From: a virus
Lineage: Duplodnaviria; Heunggongvirae; Uroviricota; Caudoviricetes
Strand: one strand, 5' to 3'
Length of the DNA stretch: 64,000 nt
Virus record (IMG/VR): IMGVR_UViG_3300031949_000001
Span: 283,305 to 347,304 of that record
Part shown: piece by piece, positions 9,908-18,152 of the stretch
Position numbering within the stretch: the first letter of the stretch is position 1
How the letters are laid out: every line of letters starts with the position of its first letter
The notes under the pieces: generated by a model
The model's input: the letters and a program-made list of their open reading frames with translations, nothing else
What the model was told of the DNA's origin: nothing
Databases searched by the model: none
Translations under genes and position numbers: made by a program

Positions 9908-10181
9908 TGGTTACTATTTTGAGAGCATTGCGATTTTCTTCTTGTGTATCGGCTATGTAGGCTATTGTACCGAATTCATGAACTCGTTTCCTAGCTTCGG
10001 CGACTCTGTTTTCATTGCAAAATTCGGAAGCATAAATGTTGAGCCAATCATCAAGAGCGATACGGGATCGTTCTAGTGCTCGTTTGAGAACTACGATGGT
10101 TTCATGAGCTTCACGGGAAATTTCATCGGGAAATGCTATTTTAGGATGAAATCTGGTTTTGAGTTTTTCTAATATATTCAT
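9894..10181 (-). CDS. Hypothetical protein
   Basis: 95 aa ORF. Confidence 0.65.
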   Translation of the reverse strand: MNILEKLKTRFHPKIAFPDEISREAHETIVVLKRALERSRIALDDWLNIYASEFCNENRVAEARKRVHEFGTIAYIADTQEENRNALKIVTNEKI

Positions 10182-10200
10182 ATTTGCTGTACAGTAAATT

Positions 10201-10408
10201 TGGGGAAGCTGTGTTGTCAGGATTGCATTGGGATTCCAAAATCCACCTACTCCATAGCCCCCTTTTTCAGCTATGATAATCCAAACTTTTATCCTATAGT
10301 CCTGGTACCGGGACTTGACGGGGTACGTATTACAGTTGGCTTCGACTCGTAGAACACTGTCCGTCTACAAATCTTTGAGACAGTTAAAGCCATGACAACA
10401 CAACTTCC
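10201..10408 (-). ncRNA. Unassigned structured ncRNA (~205 nt) downstream of tRNA-Leu
   Basis: 16-bp terminal helix 10393-10408 with 10204-10219 (one G-U), followed by CCA; several internal stems; no ORF. Confidence 0.7.
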
Positions 10409-10409
10409 T

Positions 10410-10493
10410 TGGTACCAGTGAGAGGACTCGAACCTCCATGACTTTCGCCACTAGTTCCTAAGACTAGCGTGTATACCATTCCACCACACTGGC
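10410..10493 (-). tRNA. tRNA-Leu(UAG), canonical type II
   Basis: Cloverleaf, CTAGT-CTTAGGA-ACTAG anticodon arm, long V arm, A73, CCA encoded. Confidence 0.95.
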
Positions 10494-10494
10494 A

Positions 10495-10758
10495 TTACTT
10501 TTGAAATACCAACCTTTGCATCAATTCTCTTGCTCGCTTTGATGGTTGTTTCGTTAGAAATCCACCATCACGAGCCTTACTATAATCTGGTACGGATTTG
10601 AATTGTAACACAGTCGCGTCAAAAATCATACCATTTTCGTGCTTTAAAAACCAGTGAGTATCATTTTCATGCCGCATTCTCATCGGCTTCCAATCAGCCT
10701 TCTTGCCGCCAATCAAATGAAACAATGCTTCGCTAGTAACGTAGCAATTGCCTCTCAT
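10495..10758 (-). CDS. Hypothetical protein
   Basis: 87 aa ORF, GNCYVTSEAL...HWFL. Confidence 0.7.
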   Translation of the reverse strand: MRGNCYVTSEALFHLIGGKKADWKPMRMRHENDTHWFLKHENGMIFDATVLQFKSVPDYSKARDGGFLTKQPSKRARELMQRLVFQK

Positions 10759-11012
10759 ATGTAAAACAAGCCGTTTTCGGTAAAGTATTTATATACATCC
10801 TGGAACGAAAAGAGCTTCTCACCAGTAGGTGTTTCGACCATTATGAGACTTCGACCATTCGATTCCTTGAGTGCAACAATACCGTCTACTTTGTTGGTGT
10901 GCTGTCCTTGCCAAACAAGGAATGCCTCAATTACATTAAGTTCCCCAAACGCTCGAATAGCGAAGCATCCGTCATTCCATTTCGGTCTCGTATAATGGAT
11001 ATTGTAAATCAT
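10755..11012 (-). CDS. Hypothetical protein
   Basis: 85 aa ORF. Confidence 0.65.
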   Translation of the reverse strand: MIYNIHYTRPKWNDGCFAIRAFGELNVIEAFLVWQGQHTNKVDGIVALKESNGRSLIMVETPTGEKLFSFQDVYKYFTENGLFYI

Positions 11013-11014
11013 GG

Positions 11015-11557
11015 TTAGCTCGGTTCGCTTGGCATGTCAACTGCATCACACCAAAACTCGTATGTTCGTTTTCCGATGATCTTGTTGTGTGAAACGTATA
11101 CAACCTGGAGAGTACGAAACAGACTGAATGCCCAATCTTCATAACCAAGAAGGCAAAGCGACTTCAAAATCCTGGTCAAGCGCAGATAATTGTGGTTAAA
11201 GGGAGTCAACCAGTTTTCTGCTGCAAGCTTGAACTCTGGTGAATATGGGTCAACATCAATTTCAACCAAATCATAATCAGGTGTGGCGACTCTAAATCCA
11301 TAAAAACGACACATTAGAACGAGAGATTTAAACAATCTTCCTTCTACTTTCAGGTTGTCTAACAGTTCATTGATGTCATCATCTGTCAATACAGGTGATC
11401 CTGGGACCGCTCGACTCTCTTCATTCAACGGAAAAATCCATTGAATGTAATCATGATGATATTCAAGTTCTTCCGAAGAAAAAGCGTGGATATCCTTTAG
11501 CGTTTTGCTCGAAGGATTGGTTCCATCATCGGTATAAAAATCAACAATAGCTGACAT
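11015..11557 (-). CDS. OGFr-N (opioid growth factor receptor conserved region) domain protein
   Basis: LEYHHDYIQWIFPL...NHNYLRLTRILKSLCLLG. Confidence 0.85.
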   Translation of the reverse strand: MSAIVDFYTDDGTNPSSKTLKDIHAFSSEELEYHHDYIQWIFPLNEESRAVPGSPVLTDDDINELLDNLKVEGRLFKSLVLMCRFYGFRVATPDYDLVEIDVDPYSPEFKLAAENWLTPFNHNYLRLTRILKSLCLLGYEDWAFSLFRTLQVVYVSHNKIIGKRTYEFWCDAVDMPSEPS

Positions 11558-11904
11558 TACTGTTTTCCTCTCATTTTAACGCCCATTTCGTGAGCTTCTT
11601 CGATACTTCCAGCCATGACAGGAACCCAACGCATTCCCCATTCCTCTTCCAATCCACCTTGGGATTTAAAGAATTCGCCTTCCTTGACGTACACAGCCCA
11701 AGGCTCTACGAGAACATAATGAACAGTGGGTTTTGGCTTAGTTAGTTCAGCAACTTGCATTTTGAGATGCAAGTTTTCTCTTTCCAATCGGACTTGTCGG
11801 GCGCACTCTAGTTTCTCTTTTTCCATACGTTCATTCCAATATGTTTTACCAGCTTCGCTTGCTTTAAACTCAGCGGAATGAACAAAACTCATATCTATTG
11901 GCAT
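11557..11904 (-). CDS. Hypothetical protein
   Basis: 115 aa ORF. Confidence 0.65.
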   Translation of the reverse strand: MPIDMSFVHSAEFKASEAGKTYWNERMEKEKLECARQVRLERENLHLKMQVAELTKPKPTVHYVLVEPWAVYVKEGEFFKSQGGLEEEWGMRWVPVMAGSIEEAHEMGVKMRGKQ

Positions 11905-11915
11905 ACTATTCCTTT

Positions 11916-12140
11916 TTAGTGATATATGTAGTGATATATGAATGAAGAATCGTTGCGAGAGGAATTAGGACAATGTACCCAATGTTGAGCACTGAATTCA
12001 TATTCATCGGTAATCGATTCGCATTTTTCGTTACCGATCATGAATGGTTTAATAGTCATACCAATATGTTTTCCTTGCTCACCTTGCTTACCACAAGCTG
12101 TAAGAAAACTTACTAGTAGAAATAGAGTTAGCATTCTCAT
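11916..12140 (-). CDS. Putative lipoprotein
   Basis: Signal peptide with LTAC lipobox. Confidence 0.7.
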   Translation of the reverse strand: MRMLTLFLLVSFLTACGKQGEQGKHIGMTIKPFMIGNEKCESITDEYEFSAQHWVHCPNSSRNDSSFIYHYIYH

Positions 12141-12231
12141 TTTACACTTCCTCCGCGCATTTCGTGAGACATGTTTTACAATATTTACATAATTAATATT
12201 TTAATTTCCAACTTACTAGTAGTTGATAAAA

Positions 12232-12471
12232 TTATGCGTCACCCCATGAAAACTCATGAATCACTCCGTTTTCTCCACATTCAGCGACATGGAGGCAAGT
12301 CGTGCGCAGAGGGTCTACAAATGCATCAGCATAAAAACCATTTCCTTGTGCTTCAAAAGCCATTTGACGAGCGGCTATTTCATCTTTTGCTCTAACCAAA
12401 ATAGAGTGTGTCCTACCATAGGGCATTCTCCCAAACTCATCATCTGTAATATCCAATAAAAATATCTTCAT
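12232..12471 (-). CDS. Hypothetical protein
   Basis: 79 aa ORF. Confidence 0.65.
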   Translation of the reverse strand: MKIFLLDITDDEFGRMPYGRTHSILVRAKDEIAARQMAFEAQGNGFYADAFVDPLRTTCLHVAECGENGVIHEFSWGDA

Positions 12472-12803
12472 TTTTGTTTCCTTATAAAAGTTAACACATT
12501 AGCCTCGCGGACCACCGCAGGGGATGACACATCATTACCCGTCAACTCTTGTAGTTTTCCATTCAATTTCATGAAACTATCCCACATTCTTCGATACATC
12601 TTAATCGTTGCTCCAAGAGGCGACCCATTTGTCGATCTTTCGGCATCAATTGTCCACTGCAATTGACGCAATCGTTGCTTCGATTCTTCAGTCGAAGCAG
12701 CGTTAATGACTTTCTCAATTTCTTCCTTTCGTCTACGTTCAAACTCTTCCGAATTTTCCTTGAAAAGTTTTGACCAATAGTCAAAATTAAATTCAGGATT
12801 CAC
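12468..12803 (-). CDS. DUF3135-like protein
   Basis: FDYWSKLFKENSEEFERRRKEEIEKVI...QRLRQLQWTIDAER pattern. Confidence 0.65.
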   Translation of the reverse strand: MNPEFNFDYWSKLFKENSEEFERRRKEEIEKVINAASTEESKQRLRQLQWTIDAERSTNGSPLGATIKMYRRMWDSFMKLNGKLQELTGNDVSSPAVVREANVLTFIRKQK

Positions 12804-12805
12804 AT

Positions 12806-12997
12806 TTAACCCCTTAGAAGAGTTCCCAATAAATCCCCTCTGCCGATCAAACGTCCATTGGCATCGCGGGTGTCATCGGTTCTTGGGTTGTAGGCACCAA
12901 GCTTGTTGTTGTGCTTGTCACGAATGACAGTATAACCATTTTCCTGATGTAGAGTTCCAAGCAACTGACCATGTCGATCTCGTAGGGGATTACTCAT
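12806..12997 (-). CDS. Small beta-hairpin repeat protein
   Basis: Three RD(x)xG/N(x)xG repeats. Confidence 0.65.
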   Translation of the reverse strand: MSNPLRDRHGQLLGTLHQENGYTVIRDKHNNKLGAYNPRTDDTRDANGRLIGRGDLLGTLLRG

Positions 12998-13310
12998 TTT
13001 CTTTCCTTAATAGTTCAATGATTTGGGGCGTCGTCATGCCTTTCTCATTATTCAATTCAACAATATGACAGAGAAGTGACCATGTGTTTGATTTGATGGT
13101 TTGAATATAGACTTTTGCTTCTCCAGTCGATCCTAACAGATAGTGTCCAACTGCACAACAAGCCGTGGGTGCGGTTGGGCTTCCTTCGACCAATTTATTA
13201 AACAACTGGTGCGGACAGGCTTCCCAACCTTTCTCCATTCCATCAATAACGTCTTTAACGTGTGGCTGCATTTTGCGTCGTCTTCCTGAAAGAAACGAGT
13301 GCCATCGCAA
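12990..13310 (-). CDS. Hypothetical protein
   Basis: ORF; true start probably MQPH. Confidence 0.6.
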   Translation of the reverse strand: MRWHSFLSGRRRKMQPHVKDVIDGMEKGWEACPHQLFNKLVEGSPTAPTACCAVGHYLLGSTGEAKVYIQTIKSNTWSLLCHIVELNNEKGMTTPQIIELLRKENE

Positions 13311-13644
13311 GCCTTTTCAACCACGATGAACCTTGAGAGGCAGGAATCACACCCGGCGCATTACTAACTTCATCATTCCAAACCACTTCCAACATGCCAT
13401 TGTGCCGAATGTAGACCGCTGCATGTCTCTCATTATGAACACCCAAAAGCTTCCAGAAACGTCGGGCAGCACGGATAGCATCCTTATGGAGCGTGTAACC
13501 CCATTCGTAGTCACGGGAGTTGCGCACAAACCCTTTACCGGAACCGGTGAAATTGTGTTCTCGACCCTTCATTAGAAGAGCGTCGATTTCGGTCGGCTCA
13601 GTACCAACCAAATCTACTACCACATGAAAACGATGATCTGCCAT
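13255..13644 (-). CDS. Hypothetical protein
   Basis: 129 aa ORF with RBS. Confidence 0.65.
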   Translation of the reverse strand: MADHRFHVVVDLVGTEPTEIDALLMKGREHNFTGSGKGFVRNSRDYEWGYTLHKDAIRAARRFWKLLGVHNERHAAVYIRHNGMLEVVWNDEVSNAPGVIPASQGSSWLKRLAMALVSFRKTTQNAATR

Positions 13645-13671
13645 TTAAATTCTCCTAATAAATGTCGGCTA

Positions 13672-13971
13672 TTACACAGCCTGCTTAAGCTTCAAGTACT
13701 CATGACCAATGACGTTGTTCATCATGTCCGGAATACTCACAAACGGAGTTTCCAGATGGAATCGAAGCGTTGAATGTTGCTTGACGTGAATGTTACCCCG
13801 CTCGTCTTTGTTACCGAGGCTCAACATTGCAAATGCCTTCAGATGTTCCTGGTCGTGGGGATTGAAATCAACCACTTGCTTACGAACCTTGTTCAGTGTC
13901 GGACACAACATTTTCATTACTCCTAGAGGTTTAAGTATGAACATTGTACAGAGGTTAGTGGGTCTTGTCAA
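13672..13971 (-). CDS. Hypothetical protein
   Basis: 99 aa ORF. Confidence 0.65.
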   Translation of the reverse strand: MTRPTNLCTMFILKPLGVMKMLCPTLNKVRKQVVDFNPHDQEHLKAFAMLSLGNKDERGNIHVKQHSTLRFHLETPFVSIPDMMNNVIGHEYLKLKQAV

Positions 13972-14242
13972 TCATTACCTGTGCCAGATCGATTGCTTCA
14001 TTACGAACCTTTTCCAATTCATCAGCAAGTTTGCGTAATTTTTCAGGAGTCAAAAATCCTGGAAAAGCAAAAGTTGAAGAACTACCATGCGTGGATTGTA
14101 GCGTAATCTCTTGATGCGTAAGGATTTCAAGAGGACTGTACGCGAAATGTTCAGTTAAGATGTTCAAACTAGCGGCGCCGTCGTCTTCGGGGTTAAAAAC
14201 GAATAGATGGCGATTCAAAAACCTGGGGTCAAAACTAGACAT
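13955..14242 (-). CDS. Hypothetical protein
   Basis: 95 aa ORF. Confidence 0.65.
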   Translation of the reverse strand: MSSFDPRFLNRHLFVFNPEDDGAASLNILTEHFAYSPLEILTHQEITLQSTHGSSSTFAFPGFLTPEKLRKLADELEKVRNEAIDLAQVMIDKTH

Positions 14243-14251
14243 TTTATTTCC

Positions 14252-14602
14252 TTAATCGTTAACGGGTTTCATTGGGTATTCCATAACCTTGTAATACAGT
14301 GTATCAACAGCTTCACACAAGGTCGGCTTTCGTGCGTCGGCAGAAATTTGTACTTCTTGATGATATGAAGTAGAAAAAGAAGCATACCATTTTCCTAATT
14401 CGCGTTGATAAGATGGCGGCGTATCGTATTTGACTGTAACAGAACCATATCGTTCAAGTTCTTTTATCTGTCCAGTTTCATGTCCGCAACTTGATGCGGT
14501 TGAACGCGCGACTCCTGGAAAGCTAATCATTGGCAAGAACGCCATAAACGTCACCAACGAACTAATGACCGCCGTAATTATTACAACTTTTCTTGTGCCC
14601 AT
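14252..14602 (-). CDS. Membrane-anchored hypothetical protein
   Basis: N-terminal hydrophobic helix. Confidence 0.65.
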   Translation of the reverse strand: MGTRKVVIITAVISSLVTFMAFLPMISFPGVARSTASSCGHETGQIKELERYGSVTVKYDTPPSYQRELGKWYASFSTSYHQEVQISADARKPTLCEAVDTLYYKVMEYPMKPVND

Positions 14603-14631
14603 TCTAACCTCTTTAATGTAGGATCGATGGA

Positions 14632-14694
14632 ATTCTACCTAACTTTTACACCTTTGTCAAGGATTGGTATGTCTAATTTTTTAGGCTATAAATA
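14632..14694. promoter_or_regulatory. Back-to-back early (minus) and late (plus) promoters
   Basis: Minus TTGACA-17-TAGAAT (14632-14660); plus TATAAATA (14687-14694). Confidence 0.75.
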
Positions 14695-14707
14695 ACAAGA
14701 TTACAGA

Positions 14708-15553
14708 TTGTATGGAGAAAACATCATGAAAATCAAGAAGATATGGAACAGAATATTGTACGCACTATGTCACATGAAGCCCCCAACCGAAGCAAACACG
14801 GAAACGATGGCAAAAACCTTCAATTATTGTTGTAATTCTAAAGGTCATGGTTCAAAAGTAACTGAATTACCAAAAGGTATATCTCTTGAAGAATTATTTC
14901 TTGAAGAATCATTTGAAGAGCAAGTAGCACAACGGCTCGCCGCTGCTAAGCAACTTCAAAAAACAATAATCGAATGGCAAAAACTTGCTGGTATCATACC
15001 AGAAAAAACACTAGATTTATTGATTCCTATTAAGGAAGGTAAAACGGAACGTCACCGAAGTGTGACTTTTGATAGTACGCCTGACATGGTAGCATATCTA
15101 GCAGATAAAGGTTTCGTTCCTTATGATTTGGATTACATCGAAGAAGCTCGTACCGGTAAATATCGCTTCATTCGTATCAAGAAAAACGAAGTCAACAACT
15201 TCTTTGAATTTCCAGATGCTACATTTAATGGTCCTGAGTTTTACACTCCATACCAAGCAGATTATTCTCATCCAATAGTTTTTGGACCTTATCTTGCGCC
15301 ACACCAATTGTCGAATCCGGTTCCTATAACCGTTCAGGATATCGAAGCGATTGATGGAAAGATTTCTGTGCTTTCGCCTCTATCCCGGAATCGATACCAT
15401 TGGGAACAGAAGGATGGAATTTATTATCCAAAAAAAGAAGAGGATTTCAGGGATGAAGAAGTAGAAAAGGAGCGCGCCCAATATTACATTGAGATGCTCA
15501 AGAAACACGGTAAACCTCTTGATGTATTTAAAAAGGAAGAAAAAGGGGTTTAA
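14708..15553 (+). CDS. Late-expressed hypothetical protein
   Basis: 281 aa ORF downstream of TATAAATA. Confidence 0.75.
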   Translation: MYGENIMKIKKIWNRILYALCHMKPPTEANTETMAKTFNYCCNSKGHGSKVTELPKGISLEELFLEESFEEQVAQRLAAAKQLQKTIIEWQKLAGIIPEKTLDLLIPIKEGKTERHRSVTFDSTPDMVAYLADKGFVPYDLDYIEEARTGKYRFIRIKKNEVNNFFEFPDATFNGPEFYTPYQADYSHPIVFGPYLAPHQLSNPVPITVQDIEAIDGKISVLSPLSRNRYHWEQKDGIYYPKKEEDFRDEEVEKERAQYYIEMLKKHGKPLDVFKKEEKGV

Positions 15554-15907
15554 TTATTTAACGTATTTGATATCTGTTAAATGTAGAATAGCCCATTCAT
15601 CGGTTTGTTCTTCAACGCCAAAGTTTTCATCGTCAAACCACTGACGGGCACCATCGTAGTAGTATGCAACGAATCTGGTGCCTGTTGGCATGACTAAATT
15701 CGTGAAGCAATAGTTTTCAATAATTTCAAGTTGTTTCTCTATCTTGCCCCAAGTAACCCATTCGTCCATAGGCTCGAAATTACATTTCTTACAATCGACC
15801 AGATGTAAATCATAGTGTAATTGTGCGGTTGCGACGATTTTATCCTTTTGTTCCAACTCATTCGCGAGCGCCCGAAGTTGGGTTGGTGACATCAGATTCG
15901 CTTCCAT
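15554..15907 (-). CDS. Hypothetical protein
   Basis: 117 aa ORF. Confidence 0.65.
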   Translation of the reverse strand: MEANLMSPTQLRALANELEQKDKIVATAQLHYDLHLVDCKKCNFEPMDEWVTWGKIEKQLEIIENYCFTNLVMPTGTRFVAYYYDGARQWFDDENFGVEEQTDEWAILHLTDIKYVK

Positions 15908-16182
15908 TATTTAATCTCCGCCAGATAACTTATCCGCATTCTTTGATTAACTTCAGCTTCCAATGCTCTTAGTTGCGCTTCTGTAATTTCAATGAGTAGA
16001 ATGTCATCATCAAGAGCTTGTTGATACCAATCAGGTGCAGTTAGCGCCGTATTACGACTGTTGAAGTCTTTAGCCCATGCTTTAGCGGCTGGGAGGGTTA
16101 GACAAATCATGTAGTCATCAATCTTAGAACCCCAACCTCTTTCACTTTCGAAAATAGGTACAGAATATGCGGCGAGTGCCAT
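15907..16182 (-). CDS. Hypothetical protein
   Basis: 91 aa ORF, SVPIFESERGWGSKIDD. Confidence 0.7.
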   Translation of the reverse strand: MALAAYSVPIFESERGWGSKIDDYMICLTLPAAKAWAKDFNSRNTALTAPDWYQQALDDDILLIEITEAQLRALEAEVNQRMRISYLAEIK

Positions 16183-16185
16183 AAA

Positions 16186-16467
16186 TTACCTCTCTATTCC
16201 AAGACTTCGTAGTTCGATTATTGCGTCATCATCTGCTTTAAACCATACATATCCTAGAAAAACTGGAAAAGCAGCAGCACGTTCATTTTGATATTTTGCC
16301 GAAAAATCTTCATTTTCCGACGCGAATGGCATTGAAAATGGAATACCACAAAAAACGCCTGTAATGATAGCCTTTGGCGTCCATGTAAAATATCTCCCTA
16401 CCGGTGCCCTATCAACAGAATTAATTGGTTTATAATGAGGTATTTTTAAAAAATTTGAAATATGCAT
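16186..16467 (-). CDS. Hypothetical protein, paralog of 17160..17453
   Basis: Shared MHxxxFLKIPH, YFTWTP, YQNE...FLGYV, xIER. Confidence 0.75.
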   Translation of the reverse strand: MHISNFLKIPHYKPINSVDRAPVGRYFTWTPKAIITGVFCGIPFSMPFASENEDFSAKYQNERAAAFPVFLGYVWFKADDDAIIELRSLGIER

Positions 16468-16470
16468 AAT

Positions 16471-16692
16471 TTACTCTTTTAACGTGTTGTCGTAAGCTAT
16501 TTTTGCGGTTTCGAAATCATACAACGCTCTTTCCTTTCCATACTCAGCCAGATCAATCTTATATTGAAGCATTTCGTATTCTTGTTGCTTCAATATTTTA
16601 TTGTATTCATCCATTGCTTGAGTGAATTCTTCATCTGTCAAATTCGTTGGAAACTCAACCGCAAAATAACCAGTTGAATCATCATAGCCCAT
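16471..16692 (-). CDS. Hypothetical protein
   Basis: 73 aa ORF; true start may lie further upstream. Confidence 0.55.
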   Translation of the reverse strand: MGYDDSTGYFAVEFPTNLTDEEFTQAMDEYNKILKQQEYEMLQYKIDLAEYGKERALYDFETAKIAYDNTLKE

Positions 16693-16985
16693 ATCAAATA
16701 TGAAAAGTTTTATTTCAGATAGAGAGCAGGTAGCTGAATAAGGAAGGAGTGGTAATATAGAGACATCTATATTGTCCAGAAACTCATAATCGAAATTATG
16801 AGCTTTAACATCTTCAAAACTGACTAATTTATATTCAGTATCATCTTTGACGATCAGTTTAATAACGGTTGAATGTTGCTTTGGATAAACCGGTTTTTAA
16901 ATTTCGGTTTCGTTGGACGGACTGGCTTTTCCATTTATTTTCCTCTGTTGACTATAGTATATAACAAGGAAACAGAAAAGTCAAG

Positions 16986-17068
16986 TGGTAGGATCGGTGG
17001 GATTCGAACCCACAAAGGGCGACTTTCTAAGAGTCGTAGCTGTACCGATTTACATTATCCACGATCCC
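16986..17068 (-). tRNA. Atypical tRNA-Leu(UAG): enlarged D region, short variable loop
   Basis: GGGATCG/CGATCCT acceptor, CGACT-CTTAGAA-AGTCG, GTGGG-TTCGAAT-CCCAC, A73-CCA. Confidence 0.85.
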
Positions 17069-17074
17069 ATGGAT

Positions 17075-17158
17075 TGGTAGGAGTGGAGGGATTCGAACCC
17101 TCAAGAACGCACCGTCTTAAGCGGTGTGGCTGTGCCAATTTACCTACGTCACACTCCC
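17075..17158 (-). tRNA. Atypical tRNA-Leu(UAA)
   Basis: CACCG-CTTAAGA-CGGTG anticodon arm, same scaffold type, A73-CCA. Confidence 0.85.
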
Positions 17159-17159
17159 A

Positions 17160-17453
17160 TTATCTTTCAATAGCAACGGTTTTCAAATTAAAAATTCCAT
17201 TCTCTTTAATAAAGACATACCCTAAAAAACATGGATAATCCTTTGCTTTTTCATTTTGATATTCAGCAGAAAATTCCACCTTCTCGTCATTAATCAATTT
17301 ATAAAAAGGAATTTCGCCTTCAATTCCTGGTATACATGGAACCAAAAATTGTTTTGGAACCATAATGTCAGGTGTCCATGTAAAGTAACCCGTTTCTGGT
17401 CTAGGTTCGTCATCCTTCACATGAGGAATCTTTAAAAATTCAGTTACGTGCAT
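17160..17453 (-). CDS. Hypothetical protein, paralog of 16186..16467
   Basis: Shared motifs; preceded by TTGACA-17-TATCTT promoter and GGAG RBS. Confidence 0.75.
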   Translation of the reverse strand: MHVTEFLKIPHVKDDEPRPETGYFTWTPDIMVPKQFLVPCIPGIEGEIPFYKLINDEKVEFSAEYQNEKAKDYPCFLGYVFIKENGIFNLKTVAIER

Positions 17454-17503
17454 AATATTCTCCTATTTGATATAAGATATCATAGGGAAGAATGCTTGTC
17501 AAT

Positions 17504-17586
17504 TGGTAGGATCGGTGGGATTCGAACCCACAAGGGTTTAGGGTTTGAGCCTAATAGCTGTGCCAATTTACATTATCCACGATCCC
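17504..17586 (-). tRNA. Atypical tRNA-Leu(CAA)
   Basis: TTAGG-CTCAAAC-CCTAA; body nearly identical to 16986..17068. Confidence 0.85.
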
Positions 17587-17618
17587 ATAATGCCTAATAT
17601 TTTGAGCGTTATATCATT

Positions 17619-17642
17619 TAATGCCTAATATATTAGGCATTA
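17619..17642. repeat. Perfect 24-bp palindrome
   Basis: TAATGCCTAATATATTAGGCATTA; extra half site at about 17588-17600. Confidence 0.85.
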
Positions 17643-17645
17643 TGT

Positions 17646-17723
<78 letters not shown>

Positions 17724-17729
17724 ATTGTT

Positions 17730-17818
17730 TGGTTGCGACAGACGGTTTCGAACACGCCCTATGCCTTTCGGACCTTCGGGTTATGAGCCCGACGAGACAG
17801 CCACTTCTCCATGTCGCA
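17730..17818 (-). tRNA. Atypical tRNA(CAU): initiator-like anticodon arm with long variable insertion
   Basis: TCGGG-CTCATAA-CCCGA, ~17 nt variable region, bulged T stem, TGCGACA/TGTCGCA acceptor. Confidence 0.7.
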
Positions 17819-17826
17819 ATTCAATT

Positions 17827-17901
17827 TGGTTGCGCAGCCTGGATTCGCACCAGGATCGATGGCTTATGAGACCATCATGCTACATCTTACACCACCGCGC
17901 A
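17827..17901 (-). tRNA. tRNA(CAU), elongator Met or Ile2
   Basis: ATGGT-CTCATAA-GCCAT; T loop TGCGAAT; CCA encoded. Confidence 0.85.
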
Positions 17902-17906
17902 ATTGT

Positions 17907-17991
17907 TGGTGAGCCGTATAGGATTCGAACCTATTCACCCGAAGGATTTGTTTTACAGACAAACGTCACTCTCCCACTTGACCGCCGACTC
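17907..17991 (-). tRNA. tRNA-Tyr(GUA)
   Basis: TTTGT-CTGTAAA-ACAAA, long V arm, A73-CCA. Confidence 0.9.
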
Positions 17992-17992
17992 A

Positions 17993-18136
17993 TTATTCAT
18001 CACCATACTTCATTCTATAACTTGTACCTCGATACCACATACCATCAACAAAGATGATAATGTTATACGCCCATCTCATGCGAGGACAATAATCAACAAA
18101 CCTTTGTTCATCTAAATACCAACAAGTGACTTCCAC
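17993..18136 (-). CDS. Small hypothetical protein (47 aa) between the tRNA-Tyr genes
   Basis: GGAG RBS, GTG start, MEVTCWYLDEQRFVDY...; below the ORF-track cutoff. Confidence 0.55.
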   Translation of the reverse strand: MEVTCWYLDEQRFVDYCPRMRWAYNIIIFVDGMWYRGTSYRMKYGDE

Positions 18137-18152
18137 TTTTCTCTCCTTAAAC

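Noticed and set aside
10201-10408. Theta/HDV-like ribozyme, tmRNA or RNase P identity for the tRNA-trailing RNA
   Set aside because: The 5' strand pairs with the extreme 3' end, unlike HDV topology; there are no tRNA-Ala-like ends or tag ORF and no RNase P P4 motifs.
17993-18136. Tyr-rich small ORF between the two tRNA-Tyr genes as a second attenuator
   Set aside because: Six Tyr codons are dispersed, and no terminator/antiterminator pair follows.
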